DNA of 64,000 bases from Desulfopila sp. (GTDB taxonomy: Bacteria > Desulfobacterota > Desulfobulbia > Desulfobulbales > Desulfocapsaceae): the NCBI GenBank assembly GCA_041642275.1, contig JBEPWT010000004.1, forward strand, positions 6,708-70,707, given 5' to 3'. Within the stretch, counting starts at the first letter, position 1. Every line of letters starts with the position of its first letter. Below the pieces are notes generated by a model that made no database searches, was not told the origin of the DNA, and saw nothing but the letters and a program-made list of their open reading frames with translations. Positions 36,446 through 44,796 of this stretch are shown piece by piece. Made by a program: the position numbers and the translations under genes.

Positions 36446-37114
36446 CTACCACTCTATGGGCTCATGGCCATGATATTTCAAATAGTCGTTGCACCTTTTA
36501 AAGACATCGGAGCCCAGAAAACCCCTGTGTGCTGAAAGAGGAGACGGGTGGCTCGTTTTCAGCACCAGGTGCTTTTGCTCATCTATGAAGGCCGCTTTTT
36601 TCTGGGCAAAGGCGCCCCAGAGCATAAAAACCAGATGCCGCCGGTGAAGGGAGAGCGTCTCGATTATATTGTCGGTGACCTCGTGCCAGCCGATATTGGC
36701 GTGAGAATTGGGTTTTCCGGCGATGACGGTGAGACTGGCATTGAGCAGCAATACTCCCTGCAAAGCCCACCTGGTCAAGTCCGTCGAAAATACCCTCTGG
36801 GTATCACCGCCATAGATACTCCTGCGAACTTCCTTGAAGATATTGACCAGTGAGGGCGGAGCGGGAACACCTTCCACAACTGAAAAGCAAAGACCATGGG
36901 CTTCGGGGCCCAGACGGCCATGTTCGTTGAAGTAGGGATCCTGACCGAGAATAACGACCCGGACTCCATCGAAACCGGTCAGGCGCATGGAGTTGAAAAC
37001 ATTTTGCCGCAGCGGGTAGACCTTTTTGCCGGCGGCAAGCTCGCCGTATGCTTTTTCTACCAGCACTCTGTGCCGCCGCTGTTGAAGGAGCGGTACCTGT
37101 TCTTCCCACAACAT
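36446..37114 (-). CDS. ung: Uracil-DNA glycosylase, family 1
   Basis: 222 aa. Has GQDPY, the GLCFS context and HPSPLSA motifs. Confidence 0.92.
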   Translation of the reverse strand: MLWEEQVPLLQQRRHRVLVEKAYGELAAGKKVYPLRQNVFNSMRLTGFDGVRVVILGQDPYFNEHGRLGPEAHGLCFSVVEGVPAPPSLVNIFKEVRRSIYGGDTQRVFSTDLTRWALQGVLLLNASLTVIAGKPNSHANIGWHEVTDNIIETLSLHRRHLVFMLWGAFAQKKAAFIDEQKHLVLKTSHPSPLSAHRGFLGSDVFKRCNDYLKYHGHEPIEW

Positions 37115-37129
37115 TTCTAAATGTTCGGC

Positions 37130-38332
37130 CTAGGCCGTAACGATGGTATCCCGGTAATGAAAGTGGATTTTCCTTATCAGTGCGGCGAGTTCGTCCTCGT
37201 CTTTGACCTTCACCGCGGTGAATCTCTGATAAACATCACTGCTCATCTCTTTTTTCAGGCATTTCACCGGATCCAGAACGATTATGGTGCCATTGTTCTC
37301 GGTAACTTTTTTCAACCCTTTGTCTCCCTGCCTTGCATTTCCCGAGAGAAAAACAACCGCGGCACGTTCTCTGAAGACTTCAGCGACGGAGCCGATGGTC
37401 TGGTCTACCGGCGAAGATGAACCTGTATATGTATCTTTACATTTCAACGAATAGTCGGCACTGAAGGGTTTGAAGTAGATATTTTCGGTATCGCTGCCCA
37501 CATAGCAGTTGCCGCCCTGGATGGAGAGCCCGTCCTGTATCCTGACAATATTGATCGTGCTTATCTCATCGAGATACTGGGTAAAGGCGTCGACGTGTTC
37601 AACGTTGCCGTCAATGACGATCAGCACGGCGCCGTTCATGTCCTGCCGGAGGTGCGGCACCAGCTTGAGCAGGTTGATATAGGCGCCTTCACCGGCGACG
37701 ATAATGGAGAGGCAATTGGCTCGTCGGTACTTGTTTCGCTCCATAAGCGAAATATACTCGCCGCAGGCGCTGCAGATAACACCGCCCTGGTCCTCATTTT
37801 CCCGGAGGACAGCCTCCTCCTTGGATCCGCATTCTTCGCAAAACACCAGGGATTTGACTTTTCGCCTCCGCTCCTTCTTGAAAGGGCTCGGAGGAAAAAC
37901 AGGCTCGACGGCCTCCATCGACACCTCCGCAGCAGAAAGTACTTTATCGATGAGCTGCCGCTGCAATCCCTCCTGGTGGAAAATGTCCTGAAGTTTGTCC
38001 TTGCTGAAAAAATCGACCGCACCATTTTTCAGCGCATCGAAGCACCTGGCGGTACCTTCAGCGGTGAGTCTCGAAAACATGATGGTGGGCGTGGGAACAT
38101 GAATCATGAGATGCTGCAGGGCCGTCATGCCGTCCATCAACGGCATTTCGAAGTCCATGAGGATTACATCAGGTTTGCTTCTAAGGATGAGGCCGAGGGC
38201 CTCAATGCCGTTCACGGCCTCACCGATTACGGTGAGCCGCGGATGCATGTTCAGCAGCGTACTGAGGATCTTCCGATACTGGGCGGAGTCATCAACGATC
38301 ACCACTCGTACCATGTCTTTTTTTTCGCTCAT
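37130..38332 (-). CDS. Response-regulator receiver + CxxC-N19-CxxC zinc ribbon + CheB-methylesterase-like domain lacking the Ser-His-Asp triad
   Basis: The REC motifs are intact (VDDS, ILMDFEMP, FSKD). The ribbon is FCEECG...ICSACG. The C-terminal half aligns by eye to the CheB catalytic domain, but it reads VAGEGAY for GASTGG, IDGN for QHMP and ARQGD for GNDGA. Alternative starts are at 38362 and 38419. Confidence 0.7.
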   Translation of the reverse strand: MSEKKDMVRVVIVDDSAQYRKILSTLLNMHPRLTVIGEAVNGIEALGLILRSKPDVILMDFEMPLMDGMTALQHLMIHVPTPTIMFSRLTAEGTARCFDALKNGAVDFFSKDKLQDIFHQEGLQRQLIDKVLSAAEVSMEAVEPVFPPSPFKKERRRKVKSLVFCEECGSKEEAVLRENEDQGGVICSACGEYISLMERNKYRRANCLSIIVAGEGAYINLLKLVPHLRQDMNGAVLIVIDGNVEHVDAFTQYLDEISTINIVRIQDGLSIQGGNCYVGSDTENIYFKPFSADYSLKCKDTYTGSSSPVDQTIGSVAEVFRERAAVVFLSGNARQGDKGLKKVTENNGTIIVLDPVKCLKKEMSSDVYQRFTAVKVKDEDELAALIRKIHFHYRDTIVTA

Positions 38333-38393
38333 ATTTCCGGTGGTATAATTTCCATGTTGCATACCGTCATCCCGGCTACCATCTGCCCCCTCC

Positions 38394-39038
38394 TCAGCTG
38401 GCGGATGTATAGAGACCATGATCCTGTATATAGGCGTAGACCTGAGGCTGCAGACAGTCTTCAGGAAATTCTTCTGTTCCTATGGTCCGCCGGATCTGCG
38501 TCGATGAGACCTCTGGAATTTCCGCCTCGATGTAGTATAGATTCCTGCCGCTTATCCTGTTGCGCCAGTGGTCGCCATCCTGCAGATAGCCAAGAGAGTG
38601 AATGTAGGCGTCAATGTTCTCTGCTTCATAGCCTTGACGGTGGACGACGACGAAATGCACCTGCTGGAGAAGCCGGGGGTAGGCCTTCCAGGTCGGTATC
38701 TCGAGAAAGGCGTCGCTACCTATGATAAAATGGTATTGCCTGCCCGTGCTTTCTTCATCAGGGAGAGAAGAAAGCATATCGATTGAATAGGTGGGCGGCG
38801 GCAGATACCGCTCTATCTCCGAGACCGTGAACCTCTCTTCTCTCATCGTTGCTAAACGTAACATTTCCAGGCGATGGTGAAAAGATGTAATTTTGCGGCC
38901 GGTTTTATGAGGGGGTGATGCCGATGGAATAAAGACCACTTCGACAAGACCGCACCGCTGCATTGCCACATGCGCAAGGGAGGTGTGACCTTTGTGCACC
39001 GGATCGAATGCCCCGCCGAGTAAGCCGACGGCAGACAT
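38394..39038 (-). CDS. nadD: Nicotinate-nucleotide adenylyltransferase
   Basis: It has GGAFDP.H.GH and the typical NadD body. The start ATG at 39038 overlaps the proA stop (TGATG). The track ORF extends 76 codons further upstream inside proA. Confidence 0.88.
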   Translation of the reverse strand: MSAVGLLGGAFDPVHKGHTSLAHVAMQRCGLVEVVFIPSASPPHKTGRKITSFHHRLEMLRLATMREERFTVSEIERYLPPPTYSIDMLSSLPDEESTGRQYHFIIGSDAFLEIPTWKAYPRLLQQVHFVVVHRQGYEAENIDAYIHSLGYLQDGDHWRNRISGRNLYYIEAEIPEVSSTQIRRTIGTEEFPEDCLQPQVYAYIQDHGLYTSAS

Positions 39039-40297
39039 CAGTTGCGAACCTGTCCGTCGCCGAAGACGACGAATTTGCGGGTTGTCAGTTCTTCGAGACC
39101 CATCGGGCCATAGGCGTGAAGCTTGGTTGTACTGATCCCTATTTCCGTTCCCAGCCCCAGCTGGGCGCCATCGTTGAAACGGCTTGAGGTATTTACCATA
39201 ACCGCCGAGGCGTCTATCTGCCGGACAAAGGTGTTGGCCAGGGAATAATTTTCGGTGAGTATGCATTCGGTATGATGCGATCCGTACTCGCGGATATATT
39301 CTCTGGCCTCATCATAGCCGGTCACCACCTTCATGATCATCGCCAGATCAAGGAACTCGGTGCCCCAATCGGATGCACCAGCCTCTTCGACATGTTTCGA
39401 GAGGCTGCGGGTTTTTTCACATCCCAGTATGCGCACCCCCTGCTCCTGCAGTGCCGCGACTATCACCGGGACATAGGCAGCGGCGATATCTTCATGCACC
39501 AGAAGTCCCTCCAGGGCATTGCAGACGCCGGGCCGCTGCACCTTGCTGTTGAGGATGATCGGTGTCGCTTTGTCCAGATCCGCTTGTTTGTCGACATAAA
39601 TGTGGCAGACACCCTTATAATGTTTAAGCACCGGTATGGTGCTGTTTTTGGCCACGAAACGAATCAGCCCTTCTCCTCCCCGGGGGATGATGAGATCAAT
39701 ATAATCATCCTGCCTGAGCAGCAGGGCTACGGCGTCCCGGTCGGTGTCGGCGACAAGCTGGACGCCGTTGGCGTCCATGCCGGAAATCCGCAGCGCCTCC
39801 TGGATAACTCCGGCGAGAGCGATATTGGAATGTATTGCCTCCGACCCGCCTCTGAGAATGACACTGTTGCCGGCTTTCAGGCAGAGGGCGGCGGCATCGA
39901 TTGTGACATTTGGACGCGATTCGTATATCATGGCTATAACGCCAAGAGGCACGCTCATACGGCCGACCATCATACCGTTCGGACGCCGGGCCATGGATCC
40001 GATCGACCCCACCGGATCATCGAGTGCTGCGACCTCGTGAAGTCCGGCAATCATGGCCTCAACAACTTCATCGGTCAGCGCAAGCCTGTCGAGCATGGCT
40101 TGAGAAAGAGCGTTGCGACGGCCATTTTCGATATCCCTGCCGTTTTCTCTCTGGATGTGTTCCTTTCGCTCTTCAAGAAGGCCGGCTATCTTTTCAAGCG
40201 TGGCATTCTTCATCGCTGTTGATGCAAAGAGCATCTGCTGGGAAGCGGTTTGGGCTTTTCTGCATATATCGATTATGTGACTTTCAAGTGATTCCAT
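39038..40297 (-). CDS. proA: Gamma-glutamyl phosphate reductase
   Basis: 419 aa, full-length ProA-like aldehyde dehydrogenase fold with the catalytic Cys context (GVCNALE). Confidence 0.93.
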   Translation of the reverse strand: MESLESHIIDICRKAQTASQQMLFASTAMKNATLEKIAGLLEERKEHIQRENGRDIENGRRNALSQAMLDRLALTDEVVEAMIAGLHEVAALDDPVGSIGSMARRPNGMMVGRMSVPLGVIAMIYESRPNVTIDAAALCLKAGNSVILRGGSEAIHSNIALAGVIQEALRISGMDANGVQLVADTDRDAVALLLRQDDYIDLIIPRGGEGLIRFVAKNSTIPVLKHYKGVCHIYVDKQADLDKATPIILNSKVQRPGVCNALEGLLVHEDIAAAYVPVIVAALQEQGVRILGCEKTRSLSKHVEEAGASDWGTEFLDLAMIMKVVTGYDEAREYIREYGSHHTECILTENYSLANTFVRQIDASAVMVNTSSRFNDGAQLGLGTEIGISTTKLHAYGPMGLEELTTRKFVVFGDGQVRN

Positions 40298-40316
40298 TCA
40301 GCCTCCGCTCTTGTGT

Positions 40317-41477
40317 TTACAAGATGACGAGATTGTCGCGATGTATGACCACATCACTGCCTTTATATCCTAGAATATCTTCTATTTTCTGAGATTTACC
40401 ACCCATTATGCGAACGATTTCCTCGGCGCGGTAATTTGCTGTGCCGACGGCAATAATTTTTCCATTTTCATCCCGGCATTCAACGGAGTCACCGGAACAG
40501 AAACTGCCCAGGACCCGGCGCACACCGGAGGGGAGCAGACTTTTGCCTCCGCAGCAGATTGCCCGGGCCGCTCCGGCATCGACTTCAAGGATGCCGTTTG
40601 GCTTGAGAACGAAGGCTATCCACTGCTTGCGCCCCTGCAGACGTTTTCGCTGCGGCAGGAAAAAGGTGCCGATCATGTCGCCGGCGAATATATCCTGGAG
40701 AACTTTTGGCCTTTTTCCCGGACCTATAAGGGATGCGCCGCCGCTGGCGGCTACTTTTTTGGCCGCCAGTATCTTACTGCGCATGCCGCCGGTGCCTAAA
40801 GAGCTGCCGCTGTTGCCGGCCATGGCAACTATCTCTGCTGTCACTTCGGCGACGGTATGGAGCGGTCGTGCCGTCTCATCAAAAAGAGGATTGGCGGTAT
40901 AGAGACAGTCAACATCTGTGAGGCATATGAACATGTCGGCTTCGATGAGATTGGTGACCAGCGCGCCGAGGTTGTCGTTATCACCAAACTGCAGCTCTTC
41001 CGTGGAGACAGTGTCGTTCTCGTTTATTACCGGCATTACCCCCATTTTCAACAGTGTGGTGACGGTGTTCTTAAAGTTGACATACCGTACTCTGTGGGCG
41101 AGGTCATCGTGGGTCAACAGGGCCTGAGCTATCTTCAGGCCATGTTTTTCGAAAGCGGAATCATAAATATGCATCAAACTGGACTGGCCGATGGCGGCCA
41201 GTGCCTGCTTTTCCATGAGGGAGAGCTCTCTGTCCTCGAGGAATGTCATTTTCTTTCTGCCGGCGGCCACCGCACCTGAACTGACCAGAATAACCTCTTT
41301 GCCATTCTGGCGAAGAGTGCTGATGCCATCGGCGAGATTGTCTATGACCTCTTGATTCATGCCGTCGGCTGCAGTCAGCACGGCGCTGCCGACTTTGATC
41401 ACCACCCTTCGGGCCTTTTTCAGAAAATCCTGACGGCAGCCCAGCGCCGATGCAGTTGATCCTTCCTGTATGGTCAT
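40317..41477 (-). CDS. proB: Glutamate 5-kinase with C-terminal PUA domain
   Basis: It has an amino-acid kinase domain (VIKVGS..L) and a PUA domain. I set the start at the ATG at 41477, because the track's extension to 41528 runs into the intergenic repeat. Confidence 0.9.
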   Translation of the reverse strand: MTIQEGSTASALGCRQDFLKKARRVVIKVGSAVLTAADGMNQEVIDNLADGISTLRQNGKEVILVSSGAVAAGRKKMTFLEDRELSLMEKQALAAIGQSSLMHIYDSAFEKHGLKIAQALLTHDDLAHRVRYVNFKNTVTTLLKMGVMPVINENDTVSTEELQFGDNDNLGALVTNLIEADMFICLTDVDCLYTANPLFDETARPLHTVAEVTAEIVAMAGNSGSSLGTGGMRSKILAAKKVAASGGASLIGPGKRPKVLQDIFAGDMIGTFFLPQRKRLQGRKQWIAFVLKPNGILEVDAGAARAICCGGKSLLPSGVRRVLGSFCSGDSVECRDENGKIIAVGTANYRAEEIVRIMGGKSQKIEDILGYKGSDVVIHRDNLVIL

Positions 41478-41498
41478 GGCACGTTCACATTCACCTTT

Positions 41499-41705
41499 CT
41501 GATTATCCCTGAAACTCAGCTTGACCAATTACAAAGAGACAGGGTGCCCTTTTCCCGGGTATCTGCAGCCAGGACGACTGCAGTTAAGCCCCCAGGGATG
41601 GGTTTATGGCGTCCCGGGAAAAGGGCACCCTGTCTCAAAATATGTTGCTGAACATTAGGGGTAAATAGGTTCAACTTTTCAGAAGTTTACCCCTGAAACT
41701 CAGCT
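41499..41705 (+). repeat. Copy 2 of the ~166-nt structured repeat (41499-41664) plus an extra copy of its end motif (41691-41705)
   Basis: It contains a perfect 24-bp inverted repeat (41537-41560 / 41612-41635 approx.). The 15-nt CCCTGAAACTCAGCT occurs at 41507-41521 and again at 41691-41705. Confidence 0.9.
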
Positions 41706-41729
41706 GCGACCGGTAATGCAGCTGCCGCA

Positions 41730-42725
41730 TCATCCCTGTTCAATATCCATAAGCTCACCGATCAGTTCCTTCAGCTGGTCAATATTTGTATCACACAGAG
41801 CAGAGATTGCAATACAGTTGATATTTTTCCTCTCAAAGTAATTGTGCAGGTTTTTCAGCCGTTTCTCATCAACAATATCTGCCTTGTTGAGCACCACGAC
41901 ATGTTTTCTCTGCAAGAGTTCCTCTTTATATTTTTTGAGTTCTCTGTTGAGTGTTTTAAAATGCAAAACCGCATGTTCCTGTGAGGCATCGAGGACATGG
42001 AGGAGAATAGTCGTTCTTTCTATGTGCCTCAAAAAGGTGTGGCCGAGACCGACCCCATCGCTGGCGCCTTCCACCAGGCCGGGGATATCGGCGATGATGC
42101 ATGATTGTTTATAGGGCAGATGCAGTACTCCCAGCTGCGGTTCCAGGGTTGTGAAAGGATAACCGCCAATTTTGGGATTTGCCGCCGACAGCTTCGACAA
42201 CAGCGTAGATTTTCCGGCATTGGGCAGGCCGATCAGACCAATATCGGCTAGAAGTTTCAGCTCGATTTTCAGCCATCTTTCCTCTCCCGGCTTTCCTTCG
42301 GTGGCATAGCGAGGAGTCCTGTTCGCTCCGCTGGCGAAATGGCTGTTGCCCAAACCTCCTGACCCGCCTTCGGCGGCGACAAAACGCTCCCCCTCGTCAA
42401 CAAGATCGGCAATGACCTCGCCGCTCTCCCCATCTTTGATGACCGAACCAGGCGGCACCTCGACAAGACAGTCCTTTCCCTTTCTGCCATGCATGTCCTT
42501 GCCCTGGCCGTGAAGCCCCCTCTCCGCTTTGAAATGAGAACGATACTTGAAATCTATGAGTGACTGGACCTTCTTGCTGGCCACGAGAATGACGCTGCCG
42601 CCGCGTCCGCCGTCGCCGCCATTGGGGCCGCCCTTGGGGACGTATTTCTCTCTGCGGAAGCTGACGCATCCATTGCCCCCATCGCCCGCTTTGACATGAA
42701 ATTTCGCTTCATCTATGAACGCCAT
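41730..42725 (-). CDS. obgE: GTPase ObgE/CgtA
   Basis: It has an Obg fold (FIDEAKF.VKAGDGGNG.VSFRREK), a glycine-rich region and G1-G4 motifs (GLPNAGKST, DIPG, NKAD). I chose the ATG at 42725. The track ORF has 54 extra N-terminal codons. Confidence 0.92.
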   Translation of the reverse strand: MAFIDEAKFHVKAGDGGNGCVSFRREKYVPKGGPNGGDGGRGGSVILVASKKVQSLIDFKYRSHFKAERGLHGQGKDMHGRKGKDCLVEVPPGSVIKDGESGEVIADLVDEGERFVAAEGGSGGLGNSHFASGANRTPRYATEGKPGEERWLKIELKLLADIGLIGLPNAGKSTLLSKLSAANPKIGGYPFTTLEPQLGVLHLPYKQSCIIADIPGLVEGASDGVGLGHTFLRHIERTTILLHVLDASQEHAVLHFKTLNRELKKYKEELLQRKHVVVLNKADIVDEKRLKNLHNYFERKNINCIAISALCDTNIDQLKELIGELMDIEQG

Positions 42726-43016
42726 TTTTTTATCCAATTGAAATGATATTGTCCGGGATTTGTGATATCTCCGGCATCCAGGAGAACGCGGAGGGGAAAC
42801 ATATGACCTGTGACTCTTGCAGCCCAGTTGGCGCTCATCGTCAAACCGGGACAACACAGGTACAGGCGACACCGATGACGCCATCACGGTCGCTCATGTG
42901 TCGCCCGGCACTTCATTATCGACACATCTCTCGAGTTGCGGCGGCCAGAGTCATCCTCCAGCGGTATTTTATGGCTGTTGTTGCATAAACATCCCTTGCA
43001 GAGGTATCTCAGCAAT

Positions 43017-43050
43017 AAAAAAACTCGACCATCATGCCAATGAGGTCGAG
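43017..43050 (-). terminator. Rho-independent terminator after rpmA
   Basis: Minus-strand RNA: CUCGACC / GGUCGAG 7-bp stem, 13-nt loop, then U7 (A-run 43017-43023 on the + strand). Confidence 0.7.
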
Positions 43051-43114
43051 TTTCAGATGTTTCCGCGGCAGGTATCAGGATGAACGAGAGCCGCTGCTGG
43101 TGGGCTTTGTCGCG

Positions 43115-43369
43115 TTATTCAGGCTGAATACTTACTCGCTTTTTGTTTTTGCCGAACATCTCAAACTTGACGATACCATCTGATTTGGCATAGAGCGTAT
43201 AGTCTCTGCCGCATCCGACATTGGTACCGGGGTGAATCCTGGTTCCAAGCTGCCTGACAATGATGCTTCCGGCTCTTACGTTTTCACCGCCGAACTTCTT
43301 GACGCCCCGCCTTTGTCCTTTACTGTCTCTGCCGTTTCTTGAACTACCGCCAGCTTTTTTATGTGCCAT
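43115..43369 (-). CDS. rpmA: 50S ribosomal protein L27
   Basis: 84 aa. [15 protein letters not shown]...LGVK canonical N-terminus. Confidence 0.96.
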   Translation of the reverse strand: MAHKKAGGSSRNGRDSKGQRRGVKKFGGENVRAGSIIVRQLGTRIHPGTNVGCGRDYTLYAKSDGIVKFEMFGKNKKRVSIQPE

Positions 43370-43430
43370 GATGAACTCCTTCGTTTACCGCTTCCCCTCG
43401 AATGTTTTTCGACTGTGCATTCGAGACTTT

Positions 43431-43742
43431 TTATGCCGATATTTCCTCTATAGCCAGTGCCGTATAGAATTGGCGATGACCCTGCCTGAGGCGGTAGCCC
43501 TTTCTTCTCTTCTTCTTGAAGACAATGATTTTTTTGGCTTTTCCCTGCTCTACTATTTTCGCTTTTACAGTGGCATTTTCCAGGAGTGGCGTGCCGATGT
43601 CGACGGTGCCGTCGCCGACGACCATGAGAACGTCATCGAGTTCAACCGTGTCACCTATTTCGCCGTTGATTTTCTCAACGCGCAACCGATCTCCCTGGGC
43701 CACCTGATATTGTTTGCCTCCGGTACGGACTATAGCATACAT
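43431..43742 (-). CDS. rplU: 50S ribosomal protein L21
   Basis: 103 aa. MYAIV..GGKQY.V canonical N-terminus. Upstream of rpmA. Confidence 0.96.
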   Translation of the reverse strand: MYAIVRTGGKQYQVAQGDRLRVEKINGEIGDTVELDDVLMVVGDGTVDIGTPLLENATVKAKIVEQGKAKKIIVFKKKRRKGYRLRQGHRQFYTALAIEEISA

Positions 43743-43841
43743 TATATTTTCCTCATCTGCGCAAGTTATAGTGTTCTATTGAGACTGTCACCAAACTTTT
43801 AATTTGACACCGTTCTCACCGAATTGTCAATATATATTTTG

Positions 43842-43903
43842 CTGATTACCAATGAAACTCAGCCTGGCCTCGGGAAACGTAGCTGAGTTTCATACGTAAT
43901 CAG
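43842..43903. repeat. 62-nt mini-palindrome built from two inverted copies of the repeat-family end motif
   Basis: CTGATTAC-caa-TGAAACTCAGC ... GCTGAGTTTCA-tac-GTAATCAG with an 18-nt centre. The same CTGATTAYC(C)CTGAAACTCAGC motif ends the 166-nt repeats at 24052 and 41499. Confidence 0.8.
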
Positions 43904-44051
43904 TTATATTTTTGGAAAGATGCATTCACGGAAAATTCCCCTCTGCGGACAACAGAGGCGCCCGTTGGATGCAAAAAAGGGGAACAGAAACTGGAAATGC
44001 GTTGCTGTTCCCCCAAGACGAGAGCGTCCGAAAGTGTTCTCAGAAAGAGGT

Positions 44052-44498
44052 TCAGGTGGTGTATCCCAGCCTTTCAAATTCTTTCTGCTTTCGGATAGCA
44101 CAGGCCTTATTGAAAGCATTCTTCTTGCCGTGCTTGGATATGGAAACAGAGGTTTTCCCCTGCTTACCGCTTTCAGTAACCCAACTTACTTCATACCGGT
44201 TGAGTTTTTCATTGAGTCTCACTCCGACAACACCGGTGCCGGAATTGCTCACGGTCACCATGTGTTTATTCGTCCTGATTTTTCCGAGGCGTCGTTCGGT
44301 CTTGTCTCTCCAGGCTATGGCCGAGAGCAGGCTTGAGTAACGCCCTCCACATTTTTTATCTGAGAAAAACTTGGAATGTGTTTTTCCCAGAAAACGTACA
44401 CGAACATACCAGCCGTGAGTTCTTTTTGACTCCTGATCTATCCTGGCGATATCTTTGTGCTTTTCCAAAAGTATATTCTGCTTGTTGTCTTCTTCCAT
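44052..44498 (-). CDS. AP2/ERF-type DNA-binding protein with two AP2-like repeats
   Basis: The first repeat is IDQESKRTHGWYVRVRFLGKTHSKFFSDKKCGG...AIAWRD. The second is GVVGVRLNEKLNRYEVSWV..GKQGKTSVSISKHGKKNAF.KA..IR. The ATG at 44498 follows AGGGA. The track starts at the GTG at 44522. Confidence 0.7.
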   Translation of the reverse strand: MEEDNKQNILLEKHKDIARIDQESKRTHGWYVRVRFLGKTHSKFFSDKKCGGRYSSLLSAIAWRDKTERRLGKIRTNKHMVTVSNSGTGVVGVRLNEKLNRYEVSWVTESGKQGKTSVSISKHGKKNAFNKACAIRKQKEFERLGYTT

Positions 44499-44796
44499 CT
44501 TTTTCCCTTGTTGTTGTTGCACTACGAAACATTACTTTGTTACTGTACGAAGGCCTCTATATCTTTGCCTCTCGGCATGTATCCGGAGCATGGGTCATCT
44601 CATTCAGATGAGAAGAGCGCTTGTCGTGACATACCGGCCAACCTAAGTAGTTGGTCAGGTGTAAGCTGTCAATAGTTTTTTGCACCTTCGACGTGTGTGG
44701 TAAGAATGAAATCCCCTGGCCTCTAACAACCTAAGGCATCTCCTTAATTAATGCTAGTTTTTTATTGCTTTTTTTTACAATTAATCAAAAATAGCC

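Noticed and set aside
38394-39266. N-terminal extensions of track ORFs: nadD to 39266, obgE to 42887, proB to 41528, the LarE-like gene to 22681, DUF166 to 34157, nnr from 34269, leuS from 49276, rpsF from 45358, the GGDEF gene from 56958, and the cytochrome from 13552.
   Set aside because: - The extensions overlap upstream genes or intergenic repeats, are Arg/Pro/Ser-rich nonsense, and precede internal ATGs.
- Those internal ATGs match the canonical protein N-termini, often with an SD motif or stop-start coupling.
43802-43830. A possible rplU promoter on the minus strand: TTGACA at 43830-43825 with TCAAAT 17 nt downstream.
   Set aside because: The -35 box is perfect, but the candidate -10 lacks the highly conserved second-position A. 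It is too weak to list as a feature without transcript data.
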